DNA from: Gammaproteobacteria bacterium
GTDB taxonomy: Bacteria; Pseudomonadota; Gammaproteobacteria; UBA4575
Direction: 5' to 3'
Assembly: GCA_965222615.1 (NCBI GenBank)
Contig: CBDCUI010000009.1
Coordinates: 736,001-800,000, forward strand
DNA: 64,000 nt
The notes beneath the pieces are model-generated. The model made no database searches. It was not told the origin of the DNA and saw only the letters and a list, made by a program, of their open reading frames with translations. The first letter of the stretch is position 1, and each line of letters begins with the position of its first letter. Shown here piece by piece: positions 1-11,450 of this stretch. Made by a program: the position numbers and the translations under genes.

Positions 1-506
1 AGCTCTGCTATCCCCGCAATCTCTCTTCCGAAGCGTACGCAACGTGTACAGTGTATACAACGTGTCATGTCCGTTGAAACTAACGGGCCCAACTCTTTAT
101 CAGGTACCACACGTTTTCTTTCCGTATATCGCGAAACATCTTCTCCATATCCCATCGCGACATCTTGCAGTTCACATTCACCACCTTGATCACAGACCGG
201 ACAATCAAGTGGGTGGTTAATCAACAAAAACTCCATCGTGCCGCGTTGTGCATCCAGGGCTAAAGACGACTTGGTATAGACCTTCATCCCTTCTGCAACA
301 GGTGTCGCACAGGCAGGTAATGGTTTTGGTGCTTTTTCTACTTCCACCATACACATGCGACAATTCGCAGCAACGGATAACTTTTTATGGTAACAAAAAC
401 GTGGAATATCGATGTCATACTGATCGGCAACCTCTATGACCATTGCACCTTTTGGTGCCGTGACTTCTTTATCGTTAATAAATAATTGAACAGTATCTTC
501 AGACAT
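1..506 (-). CDS. nuoG: NADH-quinone oxidoreductase subunit G (5' part, runs off the window)
   Basis: Manual translation from ATG at 506: MSEDTVQL...IPRFCYHKKLSVAANCRMC...HPLDCPVCDQGGECELQD...RCIHCTRCVRF; follows nuoF. Confidence 0.96.
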   Translation of the reverse strand, partial: MSEDTVQLFINDKEVTAPKGAMVIEVADQYDIDIPRFCYHKKLSVAANCRMCMVEVEKAPKPLPACATPVAEGMKVYTKSSLALDAQRGTMEFLLINHPLDCPVCDQGGECELQDVAMGYGEDVSRYTERKRVVPDKELGPLVSTDMTRCIHCTRCVRFGREIAGIAE

Positions 507-518
507 AATATTTATTGG

Positions 519-1820
519 TTACGCTGCAACACTTTCATTGTTTGGCTTATCTAAAATACTACAGCCATGTTTAATATAGTGAATAAATTCATGGCGATAA
601 TGTTTAATAAAACTATGTACTGGCATCGCAGCAGCATCACCCAATGCACAAATGGTTCTGCCTTCAATTTTACTTGCTACGTCATCTAGCTTTTCGATGT
701 CTTGCTGCTTGCCATTTCCTTCAATAATGCGAGTAATCATTCGATATAACCAACCGGTTCCCTCTCTACAGGGTGTGCATTGCCCACACGACTCAGAAAA
801 ATAAAAACGGGATATACGTTGTAAGACTTTTACCATATCCGTTGAATCATCCATTACCACTACCGCACCAGAGCCTAATAAAGAACCTGCTTGTGAAATG
901 GATTCATAATCCATATTGGCATTTAGCATTATGTCGCCAGGTACCACAGGTACTGAAGAACCTCCGGGAATAACTGCTTTAAGTGCAGCACCGTTACGGA
1001 CACCTCCAGCAAGCTCTAATAACTTTGCAAATGGCGTCCCTAGTGGTACTTCAAAATTTCCCGGGTTATTGATATGCCCTGAAACTGAGAAACATTTTGT
1101 GCCGCCACTTTTTTCTACACCTAAAGAGGCAAACCATTCTGCCCCTTCTCGCATAATGCTTGGCACGGATGCAAAAGTTTCCGTATTGTTTATCGTGGTC
1201 GGCATGCCGTATAAACCTACATTGGCAGGAAATGGTGGTTTAAAACGTGGCTGACCTTTTTTACCTTCTAACGACTCGAGCAATGCAGTTTCTTCGCCAC
1301 ATATATAGGCACCAGCGCCAAGTGTGTCATATAAATAAAAAGTAAAGTCAGTTCCAAGAATATTGTCGCCTAAATATCCTGCAGCGTAGGCCTCATCTAA
1401 GGCATCTTTAAATCTTAGATAAGGTTCATCTAAAAATTCACCGCGCAAATAATTGTAGCCTACCGATGCTCGCATGGCGTAAGCAGCAATTGCCATGCCC
1501 TCAATCACAGCATGAGGATTAAATCTTAATATGTCACGGTCTTTGCACGTGCCTGGTTCGGACTCATCAGAATTACATACTACATAACTTTGAATAGCTA
1601 GATCTCTTGGCATAAAACTCCATTTCAATCCGGTGGGAAATCCTGCACCTCCACGACCGCGCAAACCCGATGCCTTCACCTGTTCGATCACATCATCGGG
1701 TGAAATATTTTCTTGCAGAATTTTTTCCCAGGCAGAATAACCACCAACACTTAAATAATTTTCCAGCGTCCATGGCTGGTCAAATTTTAAGGTTTGATAG
1801 CAAACATTATTTAATTCCAT
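519..1820 (-). CDS. nuoF: NADH-quinone oxidoreductase subunit F
   Basis: [28 protein letters not shown] motifs. Confidence 0.98.
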   Translation of the reverse strand: MELNNVCYQTLKFDQPWTLENYLSVGGYSAWEKILQENISPDDVIEQVKASGLRGRGGAGFPTGLKWSFMPRDLAIQSYVVCNSDESEPGTCKDRDILRFNPHAVIEGMAIAAYAMRASVGYNYLRGEFLDEPYLRFKDALDEAYAAGYLGDNILGTDFTFYLYDTLGAGAYICGEETALLESLEGKKGQPRFKPPFPANVGLYGMPTTINNTETFASVPSIMREGAEWFASLGVEKSGGTKCFSVSGHINNPGNFEVPLGTPFAKLLELAGGVRNGAALKAVIPGGSSVPVVPGDIMLNANMDYESISQAGSLLGSGAVVVMDDSTDMVKVLQRISRFYFSESCGQCTPCREGTGWLYRMITRIIEGNGKQQDIEKLDDVASKIEGRTICALGDAAAMPVHSFIKHYRHEFIHYIKHGCSILDKPNNESVAA

Positions 1821-1836
1821 AATAGACCTAATCTAA

Positions 1837-1872
1837 TTTTTTAACGCCATATCAGAATAAATCAGAGTTTCC
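1837..1872. repeat. Isolated end of the intergenic inverted-repeat element, overlapping the nuoE stop codon
   Basis: ...CATATCAGAATAAATCAGAGTTTCC matches the right end of the copy at 6715-6843. Confidence 0.8.
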
Positions 1873-2365
1873 GTAACTCTTCTAAAATTTTATCGACTTT
1901 TTCAATAGTCAAATTCTCTTTATAAACATGATCCACCTGCATCATGGGTGCGCCACAACAGGCAGCTAAACATTCTTCTTCTTGTTTTAAATAAAACTTT
2001 CCATCTTTGGTGGTTTCACCTAATTCGATACCCAATTTTTTCTTCAAATGTTCTACAATTTCATCAGCACCACACAACATGCAAGACAGGTTTGTACATA
2101 CCGAGATTGTATGTTTCCCCACAGGCTTAAGCTCAAACATGGAATAAAACGACGCAACTTCATAAACAGCAATTGCTGGCATATCTAAATACTCTGCAAT
2201 GGCATCCATTTTCTCTACGGGTAAATAACCTTCTTCATGTTGCAACGCGCGTAAAGCGCCTAGTACAGCAGATTGCTTTTGATCAACGGGATAACGTGCT
2301 AACCATGCTTCGATTTCACCACGCAGGTGTTCCGATAATTTTTCAGATGTAGATGTTTCTGTCAT
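1862..2365 (-). CDS. nuoE: NADH-quinone oxidoreductase subunit E
   Basis: [26 protein letters not shown] 2Fe-2S motifs; operon order. Confidence 0.97.
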   Translation of the reverse strand: MTETSTSEKLSEHLRGEIEAWLARYPVDQKQSAVLGALRALQHEEGYLPVEKMDAIAEYLDMPAIAVYEVASFYSMFELKPVGKHTISVCTNLSCMLCGADEIVEHLKKKLGIELGETTKDGKFYLKQEEECLAACCGAPMMQVDHVYKENLTIEKVDKILEELRKL

Positions 2366-3615
2366 CGATCAATTTCTCCAAACACAATGTCTTGTGTACC
2401 TATAATTGCAACCACATCGGCTAACATATGTCCACGTGACATCTCATCTAAAGAGGCTAAGTGTGCAAAACCTGGTGCACGAATTTTTAAACGGTAGGGT
2501 TTATTCGCTCCATCCGACACTAAGTAGATGCCAAATTCACCTTTAGGATGTTCAATTGCGGCATACACTTCACCAGGGGGCAAACAATATCCTTCCGTAA
2601 ATAACTTAAAGTGATGAATGAGTTCTTCCATCCCCATTTTCATATCTCCACGTTTGGGTGGAGAAACTTTATGATTATCAACCATCACTGGGCCTGGATT
2701 GTTTCTTAACCAATCAACACATTGTTTAATAATCAAATTAGATTGACGCATTTCCTCTATGCGCACTAAATAACGATCGTAACAGTCACCATTCACACCA
2801 ACGGGAATTTGAAACTCAAGCTGATCATAAACTTCATACGGCTGCTTGCGACGCAAATCCCACTCTATACCTGAACCACGCAACATGGGTCCAGTGAAGC
2901 CTAATTGCAATGCACGCTCTGGACTCACGATTCCAATGTCGACAGTACGCTGTTTCCAAATTCTATTTTCCGTTAACAGTGTTTCATACTCATCAACACA
3001 AGCTGGAAATCTATTAGTAAAATCTTCAATAAAGTCTAACAAGGAACCACTGCGTGCCTTGTTTAATTTATTAACAGTCTTTTCATCGCTCCATCTCGAT
3101 TCAACATATTTCGGCATTTCATCTGGTAAATCACGATACACTCCCCCTGGACGATAATAGGTTGCGTGCATACGCGCACCCGAGACCGCTTCGTAACAAT
3201 CCATCAAATCTTCGCGTTCGCGAAAAGCATAAAGAAAGACGGTCATTGCACCGATATCTAATGCATGTGCACCTAGCCATAACAAGTGATTAAGAATTCG
3301 TGTGATTTCATCAAACATCACCCGTATGTATTGCGCTCGCTCTGGAGGAGTTATGCCAACTAACTTTTCTATCGCCATAACATATGCGTGTTCATTACAC
3401 ATCATCGAGACATAATCCAAGCGGTCCATGTACCCTATGCTTTGGTTGTAGGGCTTACTCTCTGCAAGTTTTTCCGTTGCACGATGTAGAAGACCAATAT
3501 GAGGGTCTGCGCGTTGCACAACTTCGCCTTCCATTTCCAGTACTAAACGAAGCACGCCATGGGCAGCCGGATGCTGTGGACCAAAATTCATGGTGTAGTT
3601 TCTAAGCTCAGACAT
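2362..3615 (-). CDS. nuoD: NADH-quinone oxidoreductase subunit D
   Basis: [15 protein letters not shown] ... DIVFGEIDR; likely start MSELRNY at 3615. Confidence 0.97.
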   Translation of the reverse strand: MSELRNYTMNFGPQHPAAHGVLRLVLEMEGEVVQRADPHIGLLHRATEKLAESKPYNQSIGYMDRLDYVSMMCNEHAYVMAIEKLVGITPPERAQYIRVMFDEITRILNHLLWLGAHALDIGAMTVFLYAFREREDLMDCYEAVSGARMHATYYRPGGVYRDLPDEMPKYVESRWSDEKTVNKLNKARSGSLLDFIEDFTNRFPACVDEYETLLTENRIWKQRTVDIGIVSPERALQLGFTGPMLRGSGIEWDLRRKQPYEVYDQLEFQIPVGVNGDCYDRYLVRIEEMRQSNLIIKQCVDWLRNNPGPVMVDNHKVSPPKRGDMKMGMEELIHHFKLFTEGYCLPPGEVYAAIEHPKGEFGIYLVSDGANKPYRLKIRAPGFAHLASLDEMSRGHMLADVVAIIGTQDIVFGEIDR

Positions 3616-4333
3616 CGGCTTCACCTGCATCAACATCGCTAGCTTCAAAACGATGATCGTCACGAATAACCTTAGGTACACCGATGCGTGGTTCGATAGA
3701 GACCGGTTGATAAATTACGCGTTTTTGTTCGGGGTCATAACGAACTTCTACATGTCCTATCAGTGGGAAATCTTTGCGAAATGGATGACCAGTAAACCCA
3801 TAATCGGTAAGAATGCGGCGCAAGTCCGGATGCCCTTCAAAAATAATCCCGTACAAGTCAAATGCCTCACGCTCGTACCAATTTGCCGAAGACCAGATAT
3901 CGACAACAGAAGGTAGTATGGGAAAATCATCATCCTCACAAAAGACTTTTACACGCAATCTTTGATTATGTGAAACCGAAAGTAAATGATAAACAACCGC
4001 ATACCGAGGTCCGTCCAATTCGCGCTTTTGAGGACCATCATCAAAAGTAAAACGCCCAAAAGAAGTTTTTTCCACGCCTCTACTGAAACCAGATGACGTA
4101 GCGGTCTCAGTATTCCATTCATCCACACCAAATTCTAAATAATCAACCGCGGAAAGATCCATCAGCTGTTCAAATTTAAATTCAGGCGAGATGCATAATT
4201 GTGACAATACATGGATGAGATGTTCACTATTCACAATGATAGTTACCTCATCATGCTGGATTTTTACCGACTGTAAATCAGATGCAAAAACATCATGCAA
4301 TTTGGAACTTAGGGTAGTTAATTGTTCTTCCAT
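3608..4333 (-). CDS. nuoC: NADH-quinone oxidoreductase subunit C
   Basis: [39 protein letters not shown]. Confidence 0.97.
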   Translation of the reverse strand: MEEQLTTLSSKLHDVFASDLQSVKIQHDEVTIIVNSEHLIHVLSQLCISPEFKFEQLMDLSAVDYLEFGVDEWNTETATSSGFSRGVEKTSFGRFTFDDGPQKRELDGPRYAVVYHLLSVSHNQRLRVKVFCEDDDFPILPSVVDIWSSANWYEREAFDLYGIIFEGHPDLRRILTDYGFTGHPFRKDFPLIGHVEVRYDPEQKRVIYQPVSIEPRIGVPKVIRDDHRFEASDVDAGEADV

Positions 4334-4344
4334 GAGATATTTGC

Positions 4345-4821
4345 TTAACGTGCAATAGTATTTGTACGACGAATTTTATTTTGTAATTGTATAATTCCGT
4401 AAAGCAATGCTTCAGCAGTTGGAGGACAACCTGGGACGTAGACATCAACCGGAATGACACGGTCACAACCTCTTACTACTGAATAGGAATAATGGTAATA
4501 CCCGCCACCATTTGCACAGGACCCCATCGAAATCACCCACTTTGGATCTGCCATTTGGTCATATACTTTGCGCAATGCAGGTGCCATTTTATTAACCAAT
4601 GTGCCTGCTACAATCATCACATCTGATTGACGTGGGCTCGGTCTGAACATCACACCAAAACGATCTAAATCATAACGTGATGCTCCGGCATGCATCATTT
4701 CAACTGCACAACAAGCCAGACCAAAAGTCATGGGCCACATTGAACCGGTGCGCGCCCAATTAATGAGCACATCTAAATTCGTGGTTACAAAACCTTCGGA
4801 TAACTTACCTTCAATGCCCAT
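4345..4821 (-). CDS. nuoB: NADH-quinone oxidoreductase subunit B
   Basis: [18 protein letters not shown]. Confidence 0.98.
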   Translation of the reverse strand: MGIEGKLSEGFVTTNLDVLINWARTGSMWPMTFGLACCAVEMMHAGASRYDLDRFGVMFRPSPRQSDVMIVAGTLVNKMAPALRKVYDQMADPKWVISMGSCANGGGYYHYSYSVVRGCDRVIPVDVYVPGCPPTAEALLYGIIQLQNKIRRTNTIAR

Positions 4822-4842
4822 TAGATTCCTCAGTTAAAAATT

Positions 4843-5199
4843 TTAATCCCAGTCCAGTGCGCCTTTTTTCCATTCGTATATAAAGCCCACAGTTAGAACA
4901 ATAAGAAATAACGCCATAGCCAGAAATCCTATCAGCCCAACTTCTCTGATAGCTACTGCCCAAGGAAATAAAAATGCAATCTCTAAATCAAAAATAATGA
5001 ATAATATGGCAACTAAATAATAACGCACATCAAATTGCATTCGTGCATCTTCAAATGCCTCAAATCCGCATTCATAAGGCGAATCTTTTGCATCATCTTT
5101 ATTCCGTGGACCAAGACCAAGACCAAGCAACATGGGGATAAGCCCCATAATTGCAGAAATTATGATAAAGATGAGTATTGGAAGATAATTTTCAATCAT
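4843..5199 (-). CDS. nuoA: NADH-quinone oxidoreductase subunit A
   Basis: [27 protein letters not shown]. Confidence 0.97.
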   Translation of the reverse strand: MIENYLPILIFIIISAIMGLIPMLLGLGLGPRNKDDAKDSPYECGFEAFEDARMQFDVRYYLVAILFIIFDLEIAFLFPWAVAIREVGLIGFLAMALFLIVLTVGFIYEWKKGALDWD

Positions 5200-5297
5200 G
5201 ATTATAATACTTTAAAGCTTGAACCTATTTATTACTGTAATAAACAAAGTTTTATTAAATATAGCTTAAAGAATAATTCGCTTAAGTTATTCAATGT

Positions 5298-5735
5298 CTG
5301 GCTTCGCCAGTCTTCATTTGCATGGAGTGCCAGGTCTCATCCATGTACTTACAATAACCCCTCTCTCTCACGAGACCTATCATCCATAGTGTATAAGTGC
5401 TAAAACTACTCTAAGTTACTCCGCACATTTTCTAAAGAATCGCTGCGCGATATCACTATTTGCACATAATACCCAGGTCACATCCAGGTCCTGTCCACAG
5501 CAGCTACAACGACTTCAAAGTTACACAGGATCTAATATCCCTAGCTTATAGACACTAATAACTACTCTAAGTCACTCCACACATTTTCTAAAGAATCGCT
5601 TCGCGATGCTTTAATTTGCGTGTAATACCCAGGTCACATCCATAGTTCCCACAACAGCTCTACTGCAACATGTGACCTATCATCCTTAGTTTATCAGTGC
5701 TAGAACAATGCTTTATTACTCCGCACAATACTAAG
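5298..5735 (-). repeat. Three degenerate tandem units (~140-156 bp) with conserved hairpins and many GGA motifs; candidate structured RNA or leader
   Basis: Units start near 5298, 5439 and 5595; shared blocks CCAGGTCNCATCC, GACCTATCATCC, (T/C)ACTCC(G/A)CACA. Confidence 0.8.
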
Positions 5736-5745
5736 TACAAGCTCT

Positions 5746-5832
5746 TGGTGCCGATGGCCGGACTCGAACCGGCACGAGGTTGCCCTCACTAGCCCCTCAA
5801 GCTAGCGCGTCTACCAATTCCGCCACATCGGC
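5746..5832 (-). tRNA. tRNA-Leu (anticodon GAG)
   Basis: Reverse complement GCCGATGTGGCGGAATTGGTAGACGCGCTAGCTTGAGGGGCTAG...GGTTCGAGTCCGGCCATCGGCACCA; long variable arm, encoded CCA, typical position after secG. Confidence 0.97.
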
Positions 5833-6061
5833 TTTGCATCCAGGACTATTCTAACTGAAGGCTATCGGGCTTGGATCATTTTTCACTGATAGTGATATAA
5901 GACGGGATAATTCTATATATTACTTTAGATAACAGGAGGTTAAGAAATTGGGCGATTTGAAGTGTGCGTATATAGACAACCTTTTAAGTTCATGGGATCA
6001 TGCTAAAAAAACAATAATTATCACAAGCTTAGCTATTATTATTTACTAGGAGAAAAAACAA

Positions 6062-6160
6062 ATGCCTGAAGAAAATGACTATAGGTCCTATGACACGATT
6101 GCCTTAATCGTAGGCGTAGTGATCGTCCTCGTTGCGTTAGTGATGGCATTCTTTTTTTAA
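6062..6160 (+). CDS. Putative 32-aa single-pass membrane protein
   Basis: AGGAG upstream; MPEENDYRSYDTIALIVGVVIVLVALVMAFFF*. Confidence 0.5.
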   Translation: MPEENDYRSYDTIALIVGVVIVLVALVMAFFF

Positions 6161-6214
6161 ACAGTTGAAAAACTGAACCCTCAATAATCTAAATAGATTA
6201 TTTTTTATACAGCA

Positions 6215-6682
6215 TTATTCTGGCACATCATCTGGAATAGTCGCAGAGTTTTCTTGTATAGATTCGATGCCATCTTCTTCTTTTATGGTGGCATCCGTAC
6301 CTGCTTTTTCTTCAACATTTGACACATCAGGCAGATCCGTTGTTTCTATTTCAGAAGTTGTCTCATTAATCTCATCTACAGTACTCTCTACCTGAGGCGC
6401 TTCTTCGATGGCCTCTTGTGCAGCATCGATTACACTTTCTGCCTCCGGGCGATGACTGGCTAAATAGGCAAGCCCTAAACTATTAATAAAAAAAAGAGTA
6501 ACTAATATCGCTGTTGCGCGTGTTAAAAATGAAGCAGACCCGCGTGCACCAAATACGGTTCCAGATGCGCCACTTCCAAATGCAGCGCCAACATCTGCAC
6601 CTTTGCCTTGTTGAATCAATACTAAAAAGATGATGCCTAGCGCTAACAAAACATCGATTGCTACTAATATGCTGTATAACAT
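6215..6682 (-). CDS. secG: Preprotein translocase subunit SecG with long acidic tail
   Basis: LIQQGKGADVGAAFGSGASGTVFGARGSASFLTRAT. Confidence 0.96.
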   Translation of the reverse strand: MLYSILVAIDVLLALGIIFLVLIQQGKGADVGAAFGSGASGTVFGARGSASFLTRATAILVTLFFINSLGLAYLASHRPEAESVIDAAQEAIEEAPQVESTVDEINETTSEIETTDLPDVSNVEEKAGTDATIKEEDGIESIQENSATIPDDVPE

Positions 6683-6714
6683 TTTTTATATGTTCATCTA
6701 TTATTAATATTGAA

Positions 6715-6843
6715 GAAACTCTGATTTATTAATGAAATGACTGAGATTAGGCAAAATAATTTCGAAAAAACGGAGTGTATTTATATATACATGAGTATTT
6801 TGAGAAATCATTTTAACAACATATCAGAATAAATCAGAGTTTC
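6715..6843 (+). repeat. MITE/RPE-like inverted-repeat element, short form
   Basis: Perfect 16-bp terminal IR GAAACTCTGATTTATT/AATAAATCAGAGTTTC; core CGGAGTGTAT...ATACATGAG. Confidence 0.85.
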
Positions 6844-6857
6844 CTTAACCTGTAAAA

Positions 6858-7610
6858 TTAATTTGCTGCCATCGCAATAGCAATAAAATCATCCGCTTTA
6901 AGTGCAGCACCACCAATCAAGCCACCATCAATGTCATTTTGACTCAATAGCTGCTTGGCATTATCTGGCTTCATGCTACCACCATAAAGAATTCGTATAT
7001 TTGCCGCAATATTTTTGTTCAATGCATCTAGTTTACAACGAATAAAATCATGGACTTCTTGCGCTTGCTCCGGAGTTGCAGTTTGACCCGTACCAATTGC
7101 CCAAACCGGTTCATAGGCAATAACGGCATTTGCAAAACCTTCAATACTTAAGCGATCAAGAACCGCATCTACTTGTTTTGCAATGACGACTTCAGTATGA
7201 CCGTCCTCACGATCTTGCAATGTTTCCCCAACGCATAGTATTGGGGTCAGATCATTTTTTATCACCTGTTCAAATTTTATTGCAACCATTTCATTACTTT
7301 CACCATACAGGTGCCTACGCTCAGAATGACCAACAATAATATATTTACAACTGAACTCTTTTATCATTCCAGCTGCAACTTCACCAGTATATGCACCAGT
7401 TGCTTGATCCGAACAATCTTGAGCACCTAAGCTTATGTTCGTACCGTCTAATAAATTTTGCACTTGACTCAAATAAGTATAAGGGGGACAAACTGCTAGT
7501 TCAGCTACATTCACGCTGGACGATTTGCTTTTTATTTCAGAAATCAACTCAGAAATGGACTGCAGAGATCCGTTTAACTTCCAATTTCCTGCTACAAGTG
7601 GTTGTCGCAT
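6858..7610 (-). CDS. tpiA: Triosephosphate isomerase
   Basis: VAGNWK, GHSERR, AYEPVWAIGTG; start MRQPL at 7610. Confidence 0.98.
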   Translation of the reverse strand: MRQPLVAGNWKLNGSLQSISELISEIKSKSSSVNVAELAVCPPYTYLSQVQNLLDGTNISLGAQDCSDQATGAYTGEVAAGMIKEFSCKYIIVGHSERRHLYGESNEMVAIKFEQVIKNDLTPILCVGETLQDREDGHTEVVIAKQVDAVLDRLSIEGFANAVIAYEPVWAIGTGQTATPEQAQEVHDFIRCKLDALNKNIAANIRILYGGSMKPDNAKQLLSQNDIDGGLIGGAALKADDFIAIAMAAN

Positions 7611-7729
7611 AAGTAAAACAATACCAATTAAGAATATAAAGGCGCGCAGCTTACCGATGACGCGCTCGTTAAGCAAATACTATTAAATCAAGAAAACACC
7701 TGCATAATAATAGTTCTAATAATAATTTA

Positions 7730-7944
7730 AGGAGTCTCTGATTTATTAATGAAATGGCTGAGATTAGGCAAAAAATGTCGAGACAAATCTGCCGAGAGCA
7801 GATTTGGGAAGCTCTGCTAGCCACAGGCCGAGCACCAGGAAGGTGCGAGTCAAAGCGGAGTGTATAGGCTAATACATGAGCATTTTGAGACATTTTCCTT
7901 TATCAAATTTCTTAGGGACATCTCAGAATAAATCAGTGGCTCCT
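7730..7944 (+). repeat. MITE/RPE-like element, long form with ~70-bp internal insert
   Basis: Terminal IR AGGAGTCTCTGATTTATT/AATAAATCAGTGGCTCCT; same core as 6715 copy. Confidence 0.85.
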
Positions 7945-7953
7945 AAAGATTGT

Positions 7954-9300
7954 TTAGCAGGAAGCAGAAACACTATCCTCAATCTGCCTTGCAATCTGTT
8001 GAGCTAACTGCTCAACCTTAGGGGCATCAACACCTTCCACCATCACTCTGATCAATGGCTCGGTACCAGAAGGTCGTAACAAAACTCTACCATTTTCGGC
8101 TAGATCTGCTTCTGCATCTTTGACAGCCTGCTGAATTTGAGGTGCATCATCAATATTAATTTCTGTTTGAACAGGGACATTAATAAGAGTCTGTGGATAC
8201 TTTGCCATGCCCGATTTAGCTTCATGCAAACTCTTTTGTCTACTGACAAGAATTTGTAATACTTGAAGTGCAGCGATAATGGCATCTCCTGTAGTAGTTT
8301 GATCAAGACAAATAATGTGCCCAGAGGATTCACCACCTAGTAACCATGACTGATCTTGCATCATCTCCAAGACATATCGATCACCAACAGCAGCACGTTT
8401 AAAATCAATACCACTATCACGCAAGGCATGCTCTAAGCCTAGATTACTCATCAAGGTGCCCACTACACCACCTTCAAGCATGTTTTTAGATTTTCTAGCC
8501 TGAGCAATTATGTATAGAAGCTCATCACCATCAACGATATCACCTTTATTATCCACCATAATAATACGATCGCCATCGCCATCAATCGCAATTCCTAAAT
8601 CAGCTTTATGTTCAAGCACAGCTTTGCATAATTGTGATGGATTGGTAGCACCACATGCATCATTGATATTTAATCCATTAGGTTTAGATGCAATACTTAT
8701 AACTTCAGCACCTAATTCTGAAAAAACATTAGGTGCAATGTGATACGTGGCACCATGTGCACAATCTACTACTATCTTTAAACCATTTAATTTAATGCGC
8801 GTTGGTATAGTGCTTTTACAAAATTCAATATAGCGGCCCGCTGCGTCACCTACTCTTTCTACTTTTCCTATTTTGTCTGAATTAACAACACTGAGGGGTT
8901 GATCTAATTGTTTCTCAATCTCTAACTCAACATCATCTGGTAGTTTTCTGCCATTTGCAGCAAAGAATTTTACGCCATTATCAAAATAAGGATTGTGCGA
9001 TGCACTAATTACAATCCCAGCAGCAGCACGTAGTGTACGTGTTAAATAAGCTACGGCAGGAGTAGGCATCGGGCCTAGTAAACGAGTATTGACTCCAGCA
9101 GCAGATAAGCCTGCTTCTAGTACAGATTCAAACATATAGCCAGAGATTCGAGTATCTTTCCCAATTAAAACTAAGTTTCTATCTTCACTACACAGTACTC
9201 GACCTACTGCCCAGCCCAACTTCAACACAAACTCTGGATTCATTACGCCATCACCGACACGACCGCGTATTCCATCTGTACCAAAATATTTGCGTCCCAT
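7954..9300 (-). CDS. glmM: Phosphoglucosamine mutase
   Basis: [29 protein letters not shown]. Confidence 0.98.
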   Translation of the reverse strand: MGRKYFGTDGIRGRVGDGVMNPEFVLKLGWAVGRVLCSEDRNLVLIGKDTRISGYMFESVLEAGLSAAGVNTRLLGPMPTPAVAYLTRTLRAAAGIVISASHNPYFDNGVKFFAANGRKLPDDVELEIEKQLDQPLSVVNSDKIGKVERVGDAAGRYIEFCKSTIPTRIKLNGLKIVVDCAHGATYHIAPNVFSELGAEVISIASKPNGLNINDACGATNPSQLCKAVLEHKADLGIAIDGDGDRIIMVDNKGDIVDGDELLYIIAQARKSKNMLEGGVVGTLMSNLGLEHALRDSGIDFKRAAVGDRYVLEMMQDQSWLLGGESSGHIICLDQTTTGDAIIAALQVLQILVSRQKSLHEAKSGMAKYPQTLINVPVQTEINIDDAPQIQQAVKDAEADLAENGRVLLRPSGTEPLIRVMVEGVDAPKVEQLAQQIARQIEDSVSASC

Positions 9301-9479
9301 TAGAATTTTAATATTTAGCGATTACTTGAACGAAGTGTATTAATAAATCTAAGCAAGCCAGTTAGTTTAGGCGCGGCATTTCGACGAAACTATATAATAA
9401 TAAGACTGACTGGAATTAGATGCTGCGTTAGTCACATCTATACGAACTTGTTTCTATTTAAAGTAATAATAACAGCGGC

Positions 9480-11405
9480 CTAGTGCTCACTCGCTGGCCC
9501 ACCAATTGTATCCGTATCTTTGCGATCGTCTGCTTTAGGTTGCTTAGCTTCAGAACCAGAACTTGGTTCATCATCTATCCAATCTTCTGGCGGTCGTGGC
9601 TCTTTACCTTCCATGATGTCATCAATCTGTTCTTTATCGATGGTCTCATATTTCATCAAGGCCTTTGCCATGATATGCAGCTTGTCCATATTTTCTTTAA
9701 TGAGTTCTACTGCACGGTCGTAATTAAAGTCAATAATCCTTCTAATTTCCTGGTCAATCGAGTTAGCTGTATCATCGGACACACTCTTATGTTGTGTCAC
9801 AGAATGACCGAGGAACACCTCACCGTCTTCATCTCCATACGAGAGTGGCCCCATTGTCTCAGATAGGCCCCACTTGGTAACCATGGCACGCGCTATTTCA
9901 GTTGCGCGTTCAATATCATTCGATGCACCGGTAGTAACCGCCTCACCACCAAAGATTAGTTCTTCGGCAACGCGCCCGCCAAACAAGCTTGAAATTTGGC
10001 TCTCTAAACGTTGTTTACTATGACTGTAACGGTCCTCTTCAGGCAGAAACATGGTGACGCCTAAAGCTCGACCACGTGGAATGATTGTCACCTTATATAC
10101 AGGATCGTGTTCTGGAACGAGTCGACCGACAATCGCATGACCGGATTCATGATAAGCAGTGAGCTTTTTTTCTTCATCGCTCATGACCATGGATTTACGT
10201 TCTGCGCCCATAAGAATCTTATCTTTAGCGCGCTCAAACTCTTCCATATCCACAGTACGTTTATTTGCACGTGCAGCAAATAATGCGGCTTCATTTACCA
10301 AGTTAGCTAAATCCGCTCCTGAAAAACCTGGAGTACCGCGAGCAATAAAATCCGCGCGCACATCTTTTCCAATAGGTACTTTACGCATATGTACTTTTAA
10401 AATCTGCTCACGACCACGGATATCTGGTAACGGTACAGTTACTTGTCGATCAAAACGACCAGGACGCAATAAAGCTGGGTCTAGTACATCAGGTCGGTTT
10501 GTTGCGGCAATCACGATGACACCTTCATTACCATCGAAACCATCCATTTCAACGAGTAATTGATTTAAGGTCTGTTCGCGTTCGTCATGACCGCCACCTA
10601 GTCCTGCGCCACGATGACGTCCGACGGCATCAATCTCATCGATGAAGATAATACATGGTGAATGTTTTTTGGCCTGACTAAACATATCACGCACACGTGA
10701 TGCACCAACACCAACAAACATTTCAACAAAATCAGAACCAGAGATTGTAAAAAATGGAACCTTAGCCTCACCGGCAATAGCTTTTGCTAAAAGTGTTTTA
10801 CCGGTACCTGGCGGGCCAACCATCAATACACCGCGTGGAATCTTGCCGCCCAGCTTTTGAAACTTACCGGGATCGCGTAAAAATTCTACCAGTTCAGAAA
10901 CTTCTTCTTTAGCTTCCTCTACACCAGCAACATCATTAAAGGTTACCTTAATTTGATCTTCGCCCATTAAGCGAGCTTTACTTTTGCCAAATGACATGGC
11001 GCCACGCCCCGAGCCACCCCCTTGCATTTGTCGCATGAAGAAAATCCATACGCCTATCAAAAGCAACATGGGGAACCAACTGATCAATATTTCAAATAGC
11101 AATGAACGTGGTTTGGCTTCCCCGGCTTCAATAACAACATTGTTATCGAGTAAATCTTTAACTAAACCCGAGTCTCCTGGACTAAATGTTTTAAAAGTTT
11201 CTCCACTGTGATACGTGCCTTCAATCTGACGATTATCAGGGCTGATTAAAACTGACTTGACGTTACCTGATTGCACTTCTTCAATAAATTTAGAATAGGT
11301 GGGCATGTCAGGTCGCTCTGGACGCGGTGCAAAATTATTAAAAACTGTCATCAAAACTACTGCGATCACAGCCCAAAGCATTAAGTTTTTAACCATATCG
11401 TTCAA
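9480..11405 (-). CDS. ftsH: ATP-dependent zinc metalloprotease FtsH
   Basis: Two TM segments, [13 protein letters not shown] zinc motif. Confidence 0.99.
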   Translation of the reverse strand: MNDMVKNLMLWAVIAVVLMTVFNNFAPRPERPDMPTYSKFIEEVQSGNVKSVLISPDNRQIEGTYHSGETFKTFSPGDSGLVKDLLDNNVVIEAGEAKPRSLLFEILISWFPMLLLIGVWIFFMRQMQGGGSGRGAMSFGKSKARLMGEDQIKVTFNDVAGVEEAKEEVSELVEFLRDPGKFQKLGGKIPRGVLMVGPPGTGKTLLAKAIAGEAKVPFFTISGSDFVEMFVGVGASRVRDMFSQAKKHSPCIIFIDEIDAVGRHRGAGLGGGHDEREQTLNQLLVEMDGFDGNEGVIVIAATNRPDVLDPALLRPGRFDRQVTVPLPDIRGREQILKVHMRKVPIGKDVRADFIARGTPGFSGADLANLVNEAALFAARANKRTVDMEEFERAKDKILMGAERKSMVMSDEEKKLTAYHESGHAIVGRLVPEHDPVYKVTIIPRGRALGVTMFLPEEDRYSHSKQRLESQISSLFGGRVAEELIFGGEAVTTGASNDIERATEIARAMVTKWGLSETMGPLSYGDEDGEVFLGHSVTQHKSVSDDTANSIDQEIRRIIDFNYDRAVELIKENMDKLHIMAKALMKYETIDKEQIDDIMEGKEPRPPEDWIDDEPSSGSEAKQPKADDRKDTDTIGGPASEH

Positions 11406-11450
11406 ATGGACGTACCTCTTACTTTCAAATACTTATATAAGTTGACCATA

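Noticed and set aside
5298-5832. CRISPR array or prophage att site at tRNA-Leu
   Set aside because: Units are ~150 bp and degenerate, contain no copy of the tRNA 3' end, and no integrase is nearby
7669-7893. 74-aa ORF and the similar ORFs at 31676-31885 and 31714-31998
   Set aside because: They are translations of the repeat element with no independent coding evidence
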